Source: an uncultured Prochlorococcus sp. (GTDB lineage Bacteria > Cyanobacteriota > Cyanobacteriia > PCC-6307 > Cyanobiaceae). From it: 64,000 nt of DNA. Under the pieces are notes generated by a model. It had not been told where the DNA came from, made no database searches, and worked only from the letters and a program-made list of their open reading frames with translations. The position numbers and the translations under genes were made by a program. Position 1 is the stretch's first letter; each line of letters opens with the position of its first letter. The DNA lies in contig NZ_CACOFR010000004.1 of NCBI RefSeq assembly GCF_902626525.1, positions 2,525-66,524 on the forward strand, written 5' to 3'. This document shows positions 41,157-51,686 of the stretch, in pieces.

Positions 41157-42332
41157 TTATAAAATTCCTAGCCTATGTAGAGGGCCAGAGCCTGAAATAA
41201 GTTCAATAAAAAGTACCAAGAAAACAATCATGGCAACCCTACCATTCCATACCTCTGAACTATTATTCCAACCCCATTGCCATTTCTCTTGTGGATAAAG
41301 TTTAACTTTTTCAGGCAATTTAGAGGCTTCCTCTATATTAACTAATGGTCCTTCCAAGCAAGAAATCACTAGATCGGAGAGTCCTTCAATAAAAGTAGGA
41401 TGAGTATTAAGAGCTTTTACTCTTCTAAAGTTTTTTATGCCAGCTTTTTCAGCAATTTCTTTGTATTCAATGTCGATTTCTTGTAATGTTTCGATATGCT
41501 CTCCAACGAAGCTTATAGGAACCACAATAAGATCATTAACCTTTGACCTTCCAAGATCAGCTAAGACTTCTTCTGTATATGGCTTCAGCCATTCAACTGG
41601 GCCAACTCTACTTTGATAAGAAAGTGTATACGGGTTACTATGGCCTAAATATTTTTCCAATTCATTTATTATCAATAAGGAACAATCTTCAATTTGTTGT
41701 TTATAAGGGTCTCCAGCCTCCTCTACATAACTCTTAGGAACTCCATGAGCAGTGAAAAATACATGAGCATTTGGAGGCGATTCACAACTTGATATTTGTT
41801 CAGAAATTAGTTCGACCATTGACTTTAAATAACCCGATTGACTGAACCAACTTCTTACACATCTCATTGGAATTTTCTTAAAATCATTATCAGCATCTCG
41901 CAATTTTTTTAATTCTCTAAAGCTCGAACCACTTGTACTTATTGAAAAATGTGGATATAAAGGTAGTACGACAATTTGATCTATACCGTCTGCTTTCATA
42001 TCAGCAATTGCTGATTCAGTAAAAGGGTGCCAATATCTCATGGCGATATAAGTAGTAGCGTTTAAACCTTTATCTCTTAGTTTAGATTGCAATTCTCTTG
42101 CTTGTTGTTCAGTTATCCTTCTGATGGGCGATCCACCACCAATAGAAAGATATGCCTGTTGTGAAGTAGTACTTCTAAGCGTACTAATTAACCATGCTAA
42201 AGGTTTTTGAAAAGTAGGGAAAGGAGTTCTGATTATCTCTGGATCAGAAAATAGATTATATAAGAATGGGCCAACATCGGTAATGCGTTCGGGCCCCCCT
42301 AAATTCATTAGTAAGACGCCTATTTTATCCAT
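41157..42332 (-). CDS. hemH: Ferrochelatase with a C-terminal CAB/LHC-like helix
   Basis: [11 protein letters not shown]-terminus and HGVP motifs. The C-terminal [22 protein letters not shown] is a chlorophyll-binding-type helix. Confidence 0.95.
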   Translation of the reverse strand: MDKIGVLLMNLGGPERITDVGPFLYNLFSDPEIIRTPFPTFQKPLAWLISTLRSTTSQQAYLSIGGGSPIRRITEQQARELQSKLRDKGLNATTYIAMRYWHPFTESAIADMKADGIDQIVVLPLYPHFSISTSGSSFRELKKLRDADNDFKKIPMRCVRSWFSQSGYLKSMVELISEQISSCESPPNAHVFFTAHGVPKSYVEEAGDPYKQQIEDCSLLIINELEKYLGHSNPYTLSYQSRVGPVEWLKPYTEEVLADLGRSKVNDLIVVPISFVGEHIETLQEIDIEYKEIAEKAGIKNFRRVKALNTHPTFIEGLSDLVISCLEGPLVNIEEASKLPEKVKLYPQEKWQWGWNNSSEVWNGRVAMIVFLVLFIELISGSGPLHRLGIL

Positions 42333-42397
42333 TTAAAAATTATGGAGATTGAAAACCAACATTAAAAACGTCATTATAGATCTAATTATAGAATTAA

Positions 42398-43567
42398 ATG
42401 AACGTAATTCAGGAAATTAATAATGTCAATGATAAATTTGCTACTCAAGGGAGCAAGCTTAGAATTGAAAAAAGAGGAGAAAAATTAAATATTAGAGGTT
42501 CACTTCCTTCAAAAAAAAATAAAAACAACTTTAAAATTCAAAGAATATCTCTTGGTATAAAGGCTGATATTTCTGGATTAGAGGAGGCAAAAAAAAAATT
42601 ACAATTAATCAATTTGCAACTAGAATTAAATCAATTTGACTGGATTAATTGGATAAGTAACACTAATAGAAAGGAAACAAAAAATGATTTTTTATTTTCA
42701 AATAGACTAAATCAATTTGAAGAATATTTTTTTAAAGAAAGAAAAAATGAATACTTAAGCAGCACAAGAAAAACCACTTGGAGAAGTTCTTACAAGCCAT
42801 ATCTTAAAAGAATTCTTCATATATATAATTATTATGAGAATGAAGATTTAGAAAATATATTTCAAAAAACACTTGAAAGCTATAAGGAAGGGAGCAGAAG
42901 TAGGAAACAATGCGCAACCTCGCTGAGTGTTTTAGCTAAGTTTTTAGACATTAAACTTCCAGAAAATTGGAAATCAAATTCTAAAGGTTATGGTCTAAAC
43001 AAAGCAGGCTTTAGAGATCTCCCCACAGACGAGGTAATAGAAAAACTTTGGGATAAAATACCAAACAAATCTTGGAAATTTGTTTTTGGTTTGATGGCTA
43101 CATATGGTTTAAGAAATCATGAAGTGTTTTTTTGTGATTTAAGCTCTTTAATAAATAATGGGGACAAAATCATAAGAGTTTTACCAACTACAAAAACAGG
43201 GGAACATCAAGTCTGGCCATTCCATCCTGAATGGGTTGAAAAGTTCGAATTATCTAAACTTGGCAAAAATCCTGAGCTACTACCGAATATTAATAGAGAC
43301 CTTAAAAACACAACATTACAAAATATTGGGAAAAAAATTACAGATCAATTTAAGCGTTACTCTTTACAAATAAAACCTTATGATCTAAGGCATGCTTGGG
43401 CAGTAAGAACAATCTTTTATGATTTACCTGATACTGTAGCTGCAAGAATGATGGGACATTCTGTTAGCCTACATACTCAAACTTATCACCACTGGATTAC
43501 TAAAAGAGATCAACAACAGGCAGTTAACAATGCACTTTTAAAAGTTAAAAGAGCTAAAAGTATTTAA
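42398..43567 (+). CDS. Tyrosine recombinase / phage-type integrase
   Basis: Catalytic residues GLRNHE (Arg), YDLRHAWAVR (His-x-x-Arg) and MGHSVSLHTQTYHHW (His...Tyr), with an arm-type N-terminal domain. Confidence 0.8.
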   Translation: MNVIQEINNVNDKFATQGSKLRIEKRGEKLNIRGSLPSKKNKNNFKIQRISLGIKADISGLEEAKKKLQLINLQLELNQFDWINWISNTNRKETKNDFLFSNRLNQFEEYFFKERKNEYLSSTRKTTWRSSYKPYLKRILHIYNYYENEDLENIFQKTLESYKEGSRSRKQCATSLSVLAKFLDIKLPENWKSNSKGYGLNKAGFRDLPTDEVIEKLWDKIPNKSWKFVFGLMATYGLRNHEVFFCDLSSLINNGDKIIRVLPTTKTGEHQVWPFHPEWVEKFELSKLGKNPELLPNINRDLKNTTLQNIGKKITDQFKRYSLQIKPYDLRHAWAVRTIFYDLPDTVAARMMGHSVSLHTQTYHHWITKRDQQQAVNNALLKVKRAKSI

Positions 43568-43599
43568 AGATTTATAATCACTAAATAAAACATAGTTAT

Positions 43600-44292
43600 A
43601 TGAAAGAAGAACCCTTATCCCCTGAAAAAATATTAAACCTCGATAATCAAGCCAAAGAACTTGGTATGGGAGGCAAACTATCACCAGAAAGAGATGAAAT
43701 CTCATATAAAAAAAGAATGCAGCAAAGAAAAGATATTCAAGCTGAGAGACTACAAATTAGAAAAGCCAAAAAAGGATTATTGATTGTTTTTACAGGTAAT
43801 GGCAAGGGTAAAACAACTGCAGCTTTAGGGATGGCCTTAAGGACGGTAGGACATGGTTATAAAGTGGCAATCATTCAATTTATAAAAGGGCGCTGGACTA
43901 CTGGAGAAGAAAAAGCACTTCAAAATTTGTCTCCATACATATCTTGGCATTCATTAGGGGAGGGATTCACTTGGGAAACACAAGATAGAATTAAGGATGA
44001 AAAATTAGTTCAAGAAGCATGGCAACTTGCCAAAAAATATATTGAGGATGAATCCTACAAACTTATAATCCTAGATGAAATAAATATAGCTACAAAACTT
44101 GGCTATATTGCCTCAGAAGAAATAATCAACTTTTTAAAAAGCTTAACAGATAGAAAAAATCATGTTGTTTTAACTGGAAGGGGAGCTTCCGATTCTATAG
44201 TAAATTACGCTGATCTAGTAACAGAAATGAATCTAATAAGACATCCTTTCAAAGAGCAAGGAATAAAAGCACAAAAATGTGTTGAGTTCTAG
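43600..44292 (+). CDS. cobO: Cob(I)yrinic acid a,c-diamide adenosyltransferase
   Basis: FTGNGKGKTTAALG P-loop and IILDE motifs. Confidence 0.85.
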   Translation: MKEEPLSPEKILNLDNQAKELGMGGKLSPERDEISYKKRMQQRKDIQAERLQIRKAKKGLLIVFTGNGKGKTTAALGMALRTVGHGYKVAIIQFIKGRWTTGEEKALQNLSPYISWHSLGEGFTWETQDRIKDEKLVQEAWQLAKKYIEDESYKLIILDEINIATKLGYIASEEIINFLKSLTDRKNHVVLTGRGASDSIVNYADLVTEMNLIRHPFKEQGIKAQKCVEF

Positions 44293-44418
44293 TTCAAACA
44301 AATTTTTATTTAATTTTCTTCATGCAGGTTTAGAAATGTTTAAAGACTCAAGAAATATCTGAACAATATATAAATTCGGTACATTTACTTGCTAATGTCT
44401 TAAAAGTATAATTATTGA

Positions 44419-45123
44419 ATGACTTACAAAAGAGTTCTCTTAAAACTTAGTGGTGAAGCACTAATGGGTGAAAAACCTTATGGAATTGATCCTGCTATAG
44501 TTCAGTCAATTGCAGAAGATGTATCAAAAGTAGTCGAAAATAATGTACAACTCGCAATAGTTGTTGGAGGCGGGAATATTTTTAGGGGACTTAAAGGTTC
44601 TGCAGATGGTATGGATAGAGCGACTGCTGATTATGTGGGTATGCTAGCAACGGTAATGAATGCGATTTCACTTCAAGATGGCTTAGAAAGAGTAGGAGTC
44701 GCAACCAGAGTTCAAACTGCAATAGAAATGCAGGAAATTGCAGAGCCCTATATCAGAAGAAGGGCTATGAGACACTTAGAAAAAGGTAGGGTTGTAGTTT
44801 TTGGAGGTGGATGCGGGAATCCATTTTTTACAACTGATACTACAGCAGCTTTGAGGGCAGCAGAGATAAATGCTGAAGTTGTGATGAAAGCTACCAAAGT
44901 TGATGGAGTATATAATCGTGATCCTAATAAGTTTCAAGACGCAAAGAAATATTCTACTCTCAGTTATCAACAAGTTCTTAGTGATGAAATCGCAGTAATG
45001 GACAGTACTGCAATCGCACTTTGCAAAGACAACAATATCCCTATTATGGTATTTGATATATTCAAAAAAGGGAACATCTCAAAAGCTGTTGCTGGTGATC
45101 CTATAGGTTCATTAATTAGTTAA
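44419..45123 (+). CDS. pyrH: UMP kinase
   Basis: [23 protein letters not shown] and VDGVY..DP motifs. Confidence 0.95.
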   Translation: MTYKRVLLKLSGEALMGEKPYGIDPAIVQSIAEDVSKVVENNVQLAIVVGGGNIFRGLKGSADGMDRATADYVGMLATVMNAISLQDGLERVGVATRVQTAIEMQEIAEPYIRRRAMRHLEKGRVVVFGGGCGNPFFTTDTTAALRAAEINAEVVMKATKVDGVYNRDPNKFQDAKKYSTLSYQQVLSDEIAVMDSTAIALCKDNNIPIMVFDIFKKGNISKAVAGDPIGSLIS

Positions 45124-45146
45124 AGCTTATTTAAATTTTTTTTATT

Positions 45147-45695
45147 ATGAACGAACAAGAAATTCAAGAAAATATGAATAAAAGTATTGAAGCAACTCAA
45201 AGGAACTTTAATACCATAAGAACTGGTAGAGCTAATGCTTCATTGTTAGACAGGATAAGTGTTGATTACTACGGTGCAGAAACGCCAATCAAATCACTTG
45301 CCACAATAAGTACTGTTGATTCACAAACGATTTCAATACAACCCTTTGATATTTCATGTTTACAAGCCATAGAAAAATCTATTTCGATCAGCGATTTAGG
45401 CATTACTCCAAATAATGATGGGAAAGTAATAAGAATAAATGTTCCTCCTTTAACAGAGGAAAGAAGAAAGGAATTTTGTAAATTAGCCTCTAAATATGCA
45501 GAGGAAGGGAAAGTAGCCTTGAGAAATATTAGAAGAGATGCTGTTGACAAAGAAAAAAAAGATGAAAAAGATGGCTTAATTTCTATTGACGAATCGAGAG
45601 ATAATCAATCTAAAATTCAGAAAATTACTGATAAATTTATTGCTTTAATAGAAACTAAATTATCTGAAAAAGAGAAGGAAATTCTAAAAGTTTGA
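45147..45695 (+). CDS. frr: Ribosome recycling factor
   Basis: [15 protein letters not shown] and [10 protein letters not shown] motifs. Confidence 0.95.
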   Translation: MNEQEIQENMNKSIEATQRNFNTIRTGRANASLLDRISVDYYGAETPIKSLATISTVDSQTISIQPFDISCLQAIEKSISISDLGITPNNDGKVIRINVPPLTEERRKEFCKLASKYAEEGKVALRNIRRDAVDKEKKDEKDGLISIDESRDNQSKIQKITDKFIALIETKLSEKEKEILKV

Positions 45696-46825
45696 AAGGA
45701 TTTGACGTCGTTATAATTGGTGGAGGGTTATCGGGATCTTCTACCGCTCTTAACCTATCAAAAAAAGGATATTCTGTTCTAGTTATCGAAAAAGAAAAAA
45801 ATCAAGCTTACAAACCATGTGCAGGGGGAATGGCATCTTCAATGCAAAAATTTCTTCCTTTAGATATAAAAGATTCAATAGAATCAAAAATCAAGAATGT
45901 TGAATTCAGATGGAAAGCTTCTGATAATGTGATCGCTGATCTAACTGGTGAATCCCCTTTTTGGATTATTAAAAGAGAAAAACTTGATCAATTATTATTA
46001 GATGAATCCATCAGAAATGGAGTTCAAATAATAAGTGGCCTATTAGTAGAAAAAATCAGAAAAAAAAATGATAATTGGGAAGTCACTTGTAATAACAAAA
46101 ATAAATATATTTCTAAATTTCTTGTTATTGCAGATGGGTCCCAATCAAAATGGGCAGGATATTTCAATTTAGGTCCAAGAAAACCAAAATTTGCAAACAC
46201 AATCTCACTAAGATTGAAAGGTTTAGGTGAAATTCCTAGAGATGCCGTTAGATTTGAGTTTGGATTTATAAAATATGGATTTGCATGGGCATTCCCCCTT
46301 AAAGAGAGCTTAAATATTGGTTTAGGTACTTTCATAAATAATGGTCATCTAGAAAATCAAGCTATAAATAATCAAGTTATTAGAAGTTTCGGATTTGATG
46401 ATTTTTCTTACAAAACAATTAATAAGAAATTGAGAATATGGAATGGAATGCACCCAATTAATGGTGAAAAAATTTTAGCAGTTGGAGATGCAGCATCTCT
46501 ATGCGATCCATTCTTAGCCGAAGGAATTAGACCATCTTTAATTAGCAGTTTTTATGCTGCAGAATGCATAGATCATTGTCTATCCGGAAGATTAGATGAT
46601 TTAAATCTTTATACAAAAAAAATCAACAACGATTGGGGAAAATCAATGGCTTGGGGTAGGAGAATTGCTCAGGTATTTTATAGATTCCCAAGAACTGGTT
46701 ATCAATTAGGTGTTAAAAGAAAAACAGCACCTAAACGTATTGCTCAAATATTATCAGGGGAAATGAGTTATGAAGACATCGCAAAAAGGGTTATAAGAAG
46801 ACTTTTAACAAATAGCAGGATTTAA
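45692..46825 (+). CDS. FAD-dependent oxidoreductase, geranylgeranyl-reductase family
   Basis: [13 protein letters not shown] dinucleotide fold and GDAA...DPF..EG motif. TTG start overlapping the frr stop. Confidence 0.65.
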   Translation: MKGFDVVIIGGGLSGSSTALNLSKKGYSVLVIEKEKNQAYKPCAGGMASSMQKFLPLDIKDSIESKIKNVEFRWKASDNVIADLTGESPFWIIKREKLDQLLLDESIRNGVQIISGLLVEKIRKKNDNWEVTCNNKNKYISKFLVIADGSQSKWAGYFNLGPRKPKFANTISLRLKGLGEIPRDAVRFEFGFIKYGFAWAFPLKESLNIGLGTFINNGHLENQAINNQVIRSFGFDDFSYKTINKKLRIWNGMHPINGEKILAVGDAASLCDPFLAEGIRPSLISSFYAAECIDHCLSGRLDDLNLYTKKINNDWGKSMAWGRRIAQVFYRFPRTGYQLGVKRKTAPKRIAQILSGEMSYEDIAKRVIRRLLTNSRI

Positions 46826-46849
46826 TTTTTTTTTAAATAAATCATTAAT

Positions 46850-47851
46850 TTAATTAGCAGAAATTAATTTATGATTTTTAATTTTTGAGAATCTCTTTAG
46901 TAAGAGCTCCTCTAATTCTTCTATAGCCTTACTAAATCCTGTAATTCCTTCACTAAGCTTCTCACTCGCCATTTGATCTTCTAACATATTCAATCTAAAA
47001 TCTTTTTCTTCAAATTTGTAATCAATAGAATTATTTACTTGGGTAGTTGCATCTAATTTTCTAATTAAAACCCCTTTTTCTTTTTTGAGTTCCTCTAGAA
47101 ATTTCGGAGCGATTGTTAGAAGATCGCAACCCGCTAATTCTTTTATTTCATCAAGATTCCTAAAACTTGCTCCCATTACTTCGGTCTTGAATCCTTTTTC
47201 TTTAAAATACTTATAAATTTGTGTAACCGAAATAACACCAGGATCATCAGCACCTATAAAACTAGTTTTACCAGTTTTCGCTTTATGCCAATCCAATATA
47301 CGGCCAACGAAGGGAGAGATAAGAGTTATCTTTGCATTTGCACAAGTTACCGCTTGGCAGAAGTTAAAAAGCAAAGTTAAATTACATTTAATACCCTCTT
47401 TTTCTAAAATTTCAGCTGCCTTAATTCCTTCCCAAGTTGCAGCAATCTTAATTAATATTCTTTCTTTTTCAATTCCAAAATTTTTGTAGAGATTGATTAA
47501 TTTTCTTGCTTTTTTTACCGTGGCTTCAGTGTCAAAGCTCAGTCTTGCATCAACTTCTGTAGATACTCGCCCTGAGATAATTTTCAATATTTCTTTTCCA
47601 AAAAATACTGAAACTTGATCAACAGTTTCTTTAATTAATTCAATTTCAGAAAATCCCTCAGGCAATGTATTTTTTGAACTTTCTAAAGCTTTATCAATTA
47701 ATTTTACATAAACAGGATTCTTTGCGGCAGCTAGTATTAATGATGGATTAGTCGTAGCGTCCCTTGGTTGAAATTTTTTTATCGAATCTAAATCTCCAGT
47801 ATCAGCAACAACAATAGTCATTGAGGATAATTGTTCTAAAATTGATTTCAT
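46850..47851 (-). CDS. tal: Transaldolase
   Basis: [16 protein letters not shown] and ILIKIA.TWEGI motifs. Confidence 0.9.
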   Translation of the reverse strand: MKSILEQLSSMTIVVADTGDLDSIKKFQPRDATTNPSLILAAAKNPVYVKLIDKALESSKNTLPEGFSEIELIKETVDQVSVFFGKEILKIISGRVSTEVDARLSFDTEATVKKARKLINLYKNFGIEKERILIKIAATWEGIKAAEILEKEGIKCNLTLLFNFCQAVTCANAKITLISPFVGRILDWHKAKTGKTSFIGADDPGVISVTQIYKYFKEKGFKTEVMGASFRNLDEIKELAGCDLLTIAPKFLEELKKEKGVLIRKLDATTQVNNSIDYKFEEKDFRLNMLEDQMASEKLSEGITGFSKAIEELEELLLKRFSKIKNHKLISAN

Positions 47852-47943
47852 ATCCAGATAATCATATGTATATATATAAATTAGCTTTAATTCCTAACGA
47901 AATCATCAAATAATGAACTAAATATTTATAAAGTTCGAAAATT

Positions 47944-49698
47944 TTAGGGTTTTTTAACAATCATTCCATTTCCTTTAATCTTAGGAGGTATTTTTTCAAT
48001 TACTATTAAACTCTCAATAATTTCTTTCGCAATTGGAACTGCAACAGTTGAACCATATGCATATGATTTAGATGGCTCATCTACAACCACAAGGACAACA
48101 TATTTGGGATCATTAACTGGTAAGGTTGCGACAAAACTACAAACTTTTTTGCTTGTATATGAACCATTTAAAGCTTTTTGAGAGGTTCCAGTTTTTCCAG
48201 CTATTCTATAACCCTCAATCTTTGCTCCAGATCCACTCCCTTTATCAACTACACTCTCCATCCATTCAAGAACAGTTTTAGAGACCTCCCTTGAAAAAAA
48301 TTGTTTTTTTTGATCTTTATTGACTCTTTTTTTGAAAGTTGTTGTTACATGGGGAGTCACTTCATAACCCCCATTTGCCAGAGCCGCATGAAGTTGAACC
48401 AATTTAAGTGGCGAGATAGAAAATCCTTTGCCGTAAGAAGCCACCGCAGGTTCAATTGATTGATTTACAAATAAATCTTTTCTCAATAATTGGCCTGCAG
48501 TTGATTCATATAAGTCAGTCTCTAATTTTTTATTTATACCAAGACTTTTTAACCAATCCCAATATATTATAGGGTCTAAATTTTTCATTATTTTTACCAT
48601 CCCAACATTACTTGAAACTTGCAATACTTTGGGATAATCAATGTATCCATTACCTTTTTTATCCCAATTAGAAAGTGTCCATCCTCCAACATTAATCTCT
48701 CCACTATCTTCAACCAAACCATCTTTTTGAATTACTTTTTCTTCTAACGCTAAGGCAAGATTAATAGGTTTAAAAGTTGAGCCAGGCTCAAATAAATCTT
48801 GAGAATACCAACCCTTGAAGAGTTCAGGATCATATTGCCAAAATTCATTAGGATCATATGAAGGCACTGAAACTAAGGAAAGAATCTGTCCATTATTAAC
48901 ATCCATAACTATTGCAAATCCCTTTTTTGCTTTCCATTTACTTACTTGCTTAGATAATGCATTAAAAGAAGCTTTCTGTAATTTTGAATCTATAGTTAGA
49001 ACTAAACTCTTGTAATCAGAAATAAAATCTCCTGGTGCTGAATTATCAGGAAGAGGGGTTCCATCTCTTCCTCTTATTATTAAATTACTTTTATTAAAAA
49101 CCTTAATTTGATTATCTAAATGAAGCTCTAAACCGGCGGAACCTTTATTCTCATCATTAACAAAACCAACTAGACTAGAAAAAAGCTCCCCTTGTGGATA
49201 ATATCTTTGCGAATATTTAAACAAATCAAGTCCGCTTATTTGTAGGTTTTTAATCTTTTTAGCTTTTTCTTCAGAAATTTTATCCAAAAGTTTGATGCCA
49301 CTATTTTTGTTATTAAATTTTTCCAAAAGTATTTCATCCTTCATATCCAAAATAGGTGACAATTTTTTCGCGACTTCTTCAATACTTCTAACACCTTGAA
49401 TTGCATCACTAGGAAAATTAAAGTATTTTGGATGGGCCCATAATTTATAGAGAATTTTATCGTAAGCAATCAGTCTATTATTTCTATCAACAATTGACCT
49501 TCTTTTTTTTAAGGAGGTAGTTTTAGAAGATTGTATTAATCTCGCTTTTTTTTGCAAATCTGAAGCATTAAAAACTTGCAATTTAACCAACCTAGAAAAC
49601 AAACAAAGTATTATAAATAAGTTAAAAATATAAAGTACTTTGAATCTCCCTTGCGCAAGAGGTAAAATACTAACAATTTTTTTATATTTTTTCATCAA
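47944..49698 (-). CDS. ftsI: Penicillin-binding protein (FtsI/PBP2-type transpeptidase)
   Basis: N-terminal TM anchor and transpeptidase motifs STFK (EPGSTFKP), SSN and KTGT. Confidence 0.85.
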   Translation of the reverse strand: MMKKYKKIVSILPLAQGRFKVLYIFNLFIILCLFSRLVKLQVFNASDLQKKARLIQSSKTTSLKKRRSIVDRNNRLIAYDKILYKLWAHPKYFNFPSDAIQGVRSIEEVAKKLSPILDMKDEILLEKFNNKNSGIKLLDKISEEKAKKIKNLQISGLDLFKYSQRYYPQGELFSSLVGFVNDENKGSAGLELHLDNQIKVFNKSNLIIRGRDGTPLPDNSAPGDFISDYKSLVLTIDSKLQKASFNALSKQVSKWKAKKGFAIVMDVNNGQILSLVSVPSYDPNEFWQYDPELFKGWYSQDLFEPGSTFKPINLALALEEKVIQKDGLVEDSGEINVGGWTLSNWDKKGNGYIDYPKVLQVSSNVGMVKIMKNLDPIIYWDWLKSLGINKKLETDLYESTAGQLLRKDLFVNQSIEPAVASYGKGFSISPLKLVQLHAALANGGYEVTPHVTTTFKKRVNKDQKKQFFSREVSKTVLEWMESVVDKGSGSGAKIEGYRIAGKTGTSQKALNGSYTSKKVCSFVATLPVNDPKYVVLVVVDEPSKSYAYGSTVAVPIAKEIIESLIVIEKIPPKIKGNGMIVKKP

Positions 49699-50126
49699 TA
49701 TCCCTTTAGATATTTGCTATCACTAAAACCTGCAATGTAGCTTTTAAAATTTTTCTTAAAAAAACTTTCTTTTTTTTCTTCAACTTTATCGAGATAAATT
49801 AAATCTTTGGGTTTGGTTTTTCTGTAAATATTGATAGACTCAAGTTCGCTAATATAAAACTCTTCTGTTTTAGAAATATAGTCAATGAGATTATTATTCA
49901 TTGCTTTTGTTTTAGATAAAAATTTATATGTGTTTGACCATTTCCTTTGACTATCAAATGATAAGAAAAATAATGTAAAAATTAAAACTAAAAGGGAGAT
50001 ATTAATAGTTTCAAATATTTGATGTATGAATCTGATGTTTAATTTAGATATTTTTTCTGATTTTTTTTGTATTTCGTATGGAACTTTTTTTTTTAAATAA
50101 GAGCTCTTATCAAAAGGTTTCATCAA
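49695..50126 (-). CDS. Bitopic membrane protein upstream of ftsI (FtsL-like by position)
   Basis: Single TM helix followed by a coiled-coil-like tail. Its stop overlaps the ftsI start (ATGA). The assignment is positional only. Confidence 0.35.
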   Translation of the reverse strand: MMKPFDKSSYLKKKVPYEIQKKSEKISKLNIRFIHQIFETINISLLVLIFTLFFLSFDSQRKWSNTYKFLSKTKAMNNNLIDYISKTEEFYISELESINIYRKTKPKDLIYLDKVEEKKESFFKKNFKSYIAGFSDSKYLKGY

Positions 50127-50208
50127 TAATAAACTATGAAATTAAAGAAGTATTATTAATTAAATAAACATCTATTAGTTAGATACGCAAGTCATAGAAA
50201 TATATTCT

Positions 50209-51570
50209 TTATGTTCTTAATAAGAACAAATTTAAGAAGGTCAACCCATTCCATAAAGAATGCATAATTACAGAAGAAAACAAGCTCCCTGAAGAAATTC
50301 TTGTAATTCCTAGTCCTATTCCTAGAACAAATAATGCTGGCATCTCTCCCAAACTTAAATGAGCTAAAGCAAAAATAAAAGCTGATACTATGATTCCCAA
50401 AATTATTCCAAAATTTATTGAAAGAGTTGGGAGCAAAATCCCACGGAATATAATCTCCTCAAACAATGGAGCTAGGAGAGTTGTTGTTATAAATAAAAGA
50501 ATAAATGATAAATAATTGTTATTGTTAAGCACAATCTCCAACAATGGGTTACTGCCATTCTGATTATCGATCAAACTATTCATAATTAAAGAAATCAATA
50601 AGACAAAAGGAACTATGGTTAACCAACCCTTAATTCCCTGAATAATTGCATCCTTTATTGGCAAGAAATTGAATTGCAAATAATCTTTTTTAAAAGTGAA
50701 TTCACCATTCAAAGATTTAATTTGATAATAAACAATTAATAATGGAGGAATAGCCATAAAAAGATATCCAAAAAATATTTTTAGTGATTGAGATAACTCA
50801 TTCGAAATGTTTTTAGAAAAAATTTCAACTAAACTTATGGAAAAAATAGGCGAAACAACTTCTCCCAAGACAACAAATCCACCGGCAATTAATAAAACCA
50901 TATCTATTAATTCTAGGTCTAAGGGTTTAATGTCTTTCCAACCAAATTTTTTTAAAGATAGAGCTTTCCACAAAGTTTTCAAAGCAAGAATTGAGCCAAG
51001 TAATATTGTTAAAAGTGGTATTAATCTGATAGCTAATATTTTTATAAACATTTTGCTTGAAAATGATTTTGTTATTAATGAACTATCATCAAAATCAAAT
51101 TTAATACTTATAAGGTGATATAAAAATCTATCATTTTTAAAAAAATCAAACTTATCAGAATTAGGTTTATAAGAATTATTACTGGATTTTTTCTCTATCT
51201 CATTAATTAATAACTTATAGTTTTTATTTTTGAACTCTTTGGATAAACTTTTTTCAATTTTATATTCATTTGATTCTGAAGAAATTACCTTAATTAATTT
51301 ATTTCTTTCTGTTAGTTCACTAAATGGAACTTGAGAAAGTGCATTATTTATTTCATCAACAGGATCACTTGTTATGAAAAATTTCTTAAGATTTTTTGGT
51401 ATTGATTGGACTGCTAATTCAGAAATTTCTTTTTCTTTTTGACTAATATCAAATGAAACAGAAGGTCTACTCAAACTATCTCTTAAGCCTTGTTGCCAAA
51501 CAAAAAAAGTTATGGTTAGAGAGATTAAAGCTAATAAAACTTTTGTCTTGGGAATATTTTTAAAGATCAT
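50209..51570 (-). CDS. CPBP-family intramembrane glutamic endopeptidase (CAAX protease/Abi family)
   Basis: C-terminal EEIIFRG, FALAH and HSLWN motifs in a polytopic protein. Confidence 0.7.
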   Translation of the reverse strand: MIFKNIPKTKVLLALISLTITFFVWQQGLRDSLSRPSVSFDISQKEKEISELAVQSIPKNLKKFFITSDPVDEINNALSQVPFSELTERNKLIKVISSESNEYKIEKSLSKEFKNKNYKLLINEIEKKSSNNSYKPNSDKFDFFKNDRFLYHLISIKFDFDDSSLITKSFSSKMFIKILAIRLIPLLTILLGSILALKTLWKALSLKKFGWKDIKPLDLELIDMVLLIAGGFVVLGEVVSPIFSISLVEIFSKNISNELSQSLKIFFGYLFMAIPPLLIVYYQIKSLNGEFTFKKDYLQFNFLPIKDAIIQGIKGWLTIVPFVLLISLIMNSLIDNQNGSNPLLEIVLNNNNYLSFILLFITTTLLAPLFEEIIFRGILLPTLSINFGIILGIIVSAFIFALAHLSLGEMPALFVLGIGLGITRISSGSLFSSVIMHSLWNGLTFLNLFLLRT

Positions 51571-51686
51571 AACTTATTATAAAGTTGAAAACTAAAGTTA
51601 GTTATCATTGAAATTTCTAATTTTGATATACCTATTTTTATCACTCCGTGAGATGATTAAATTATCATATTTCATAAATTTATATA

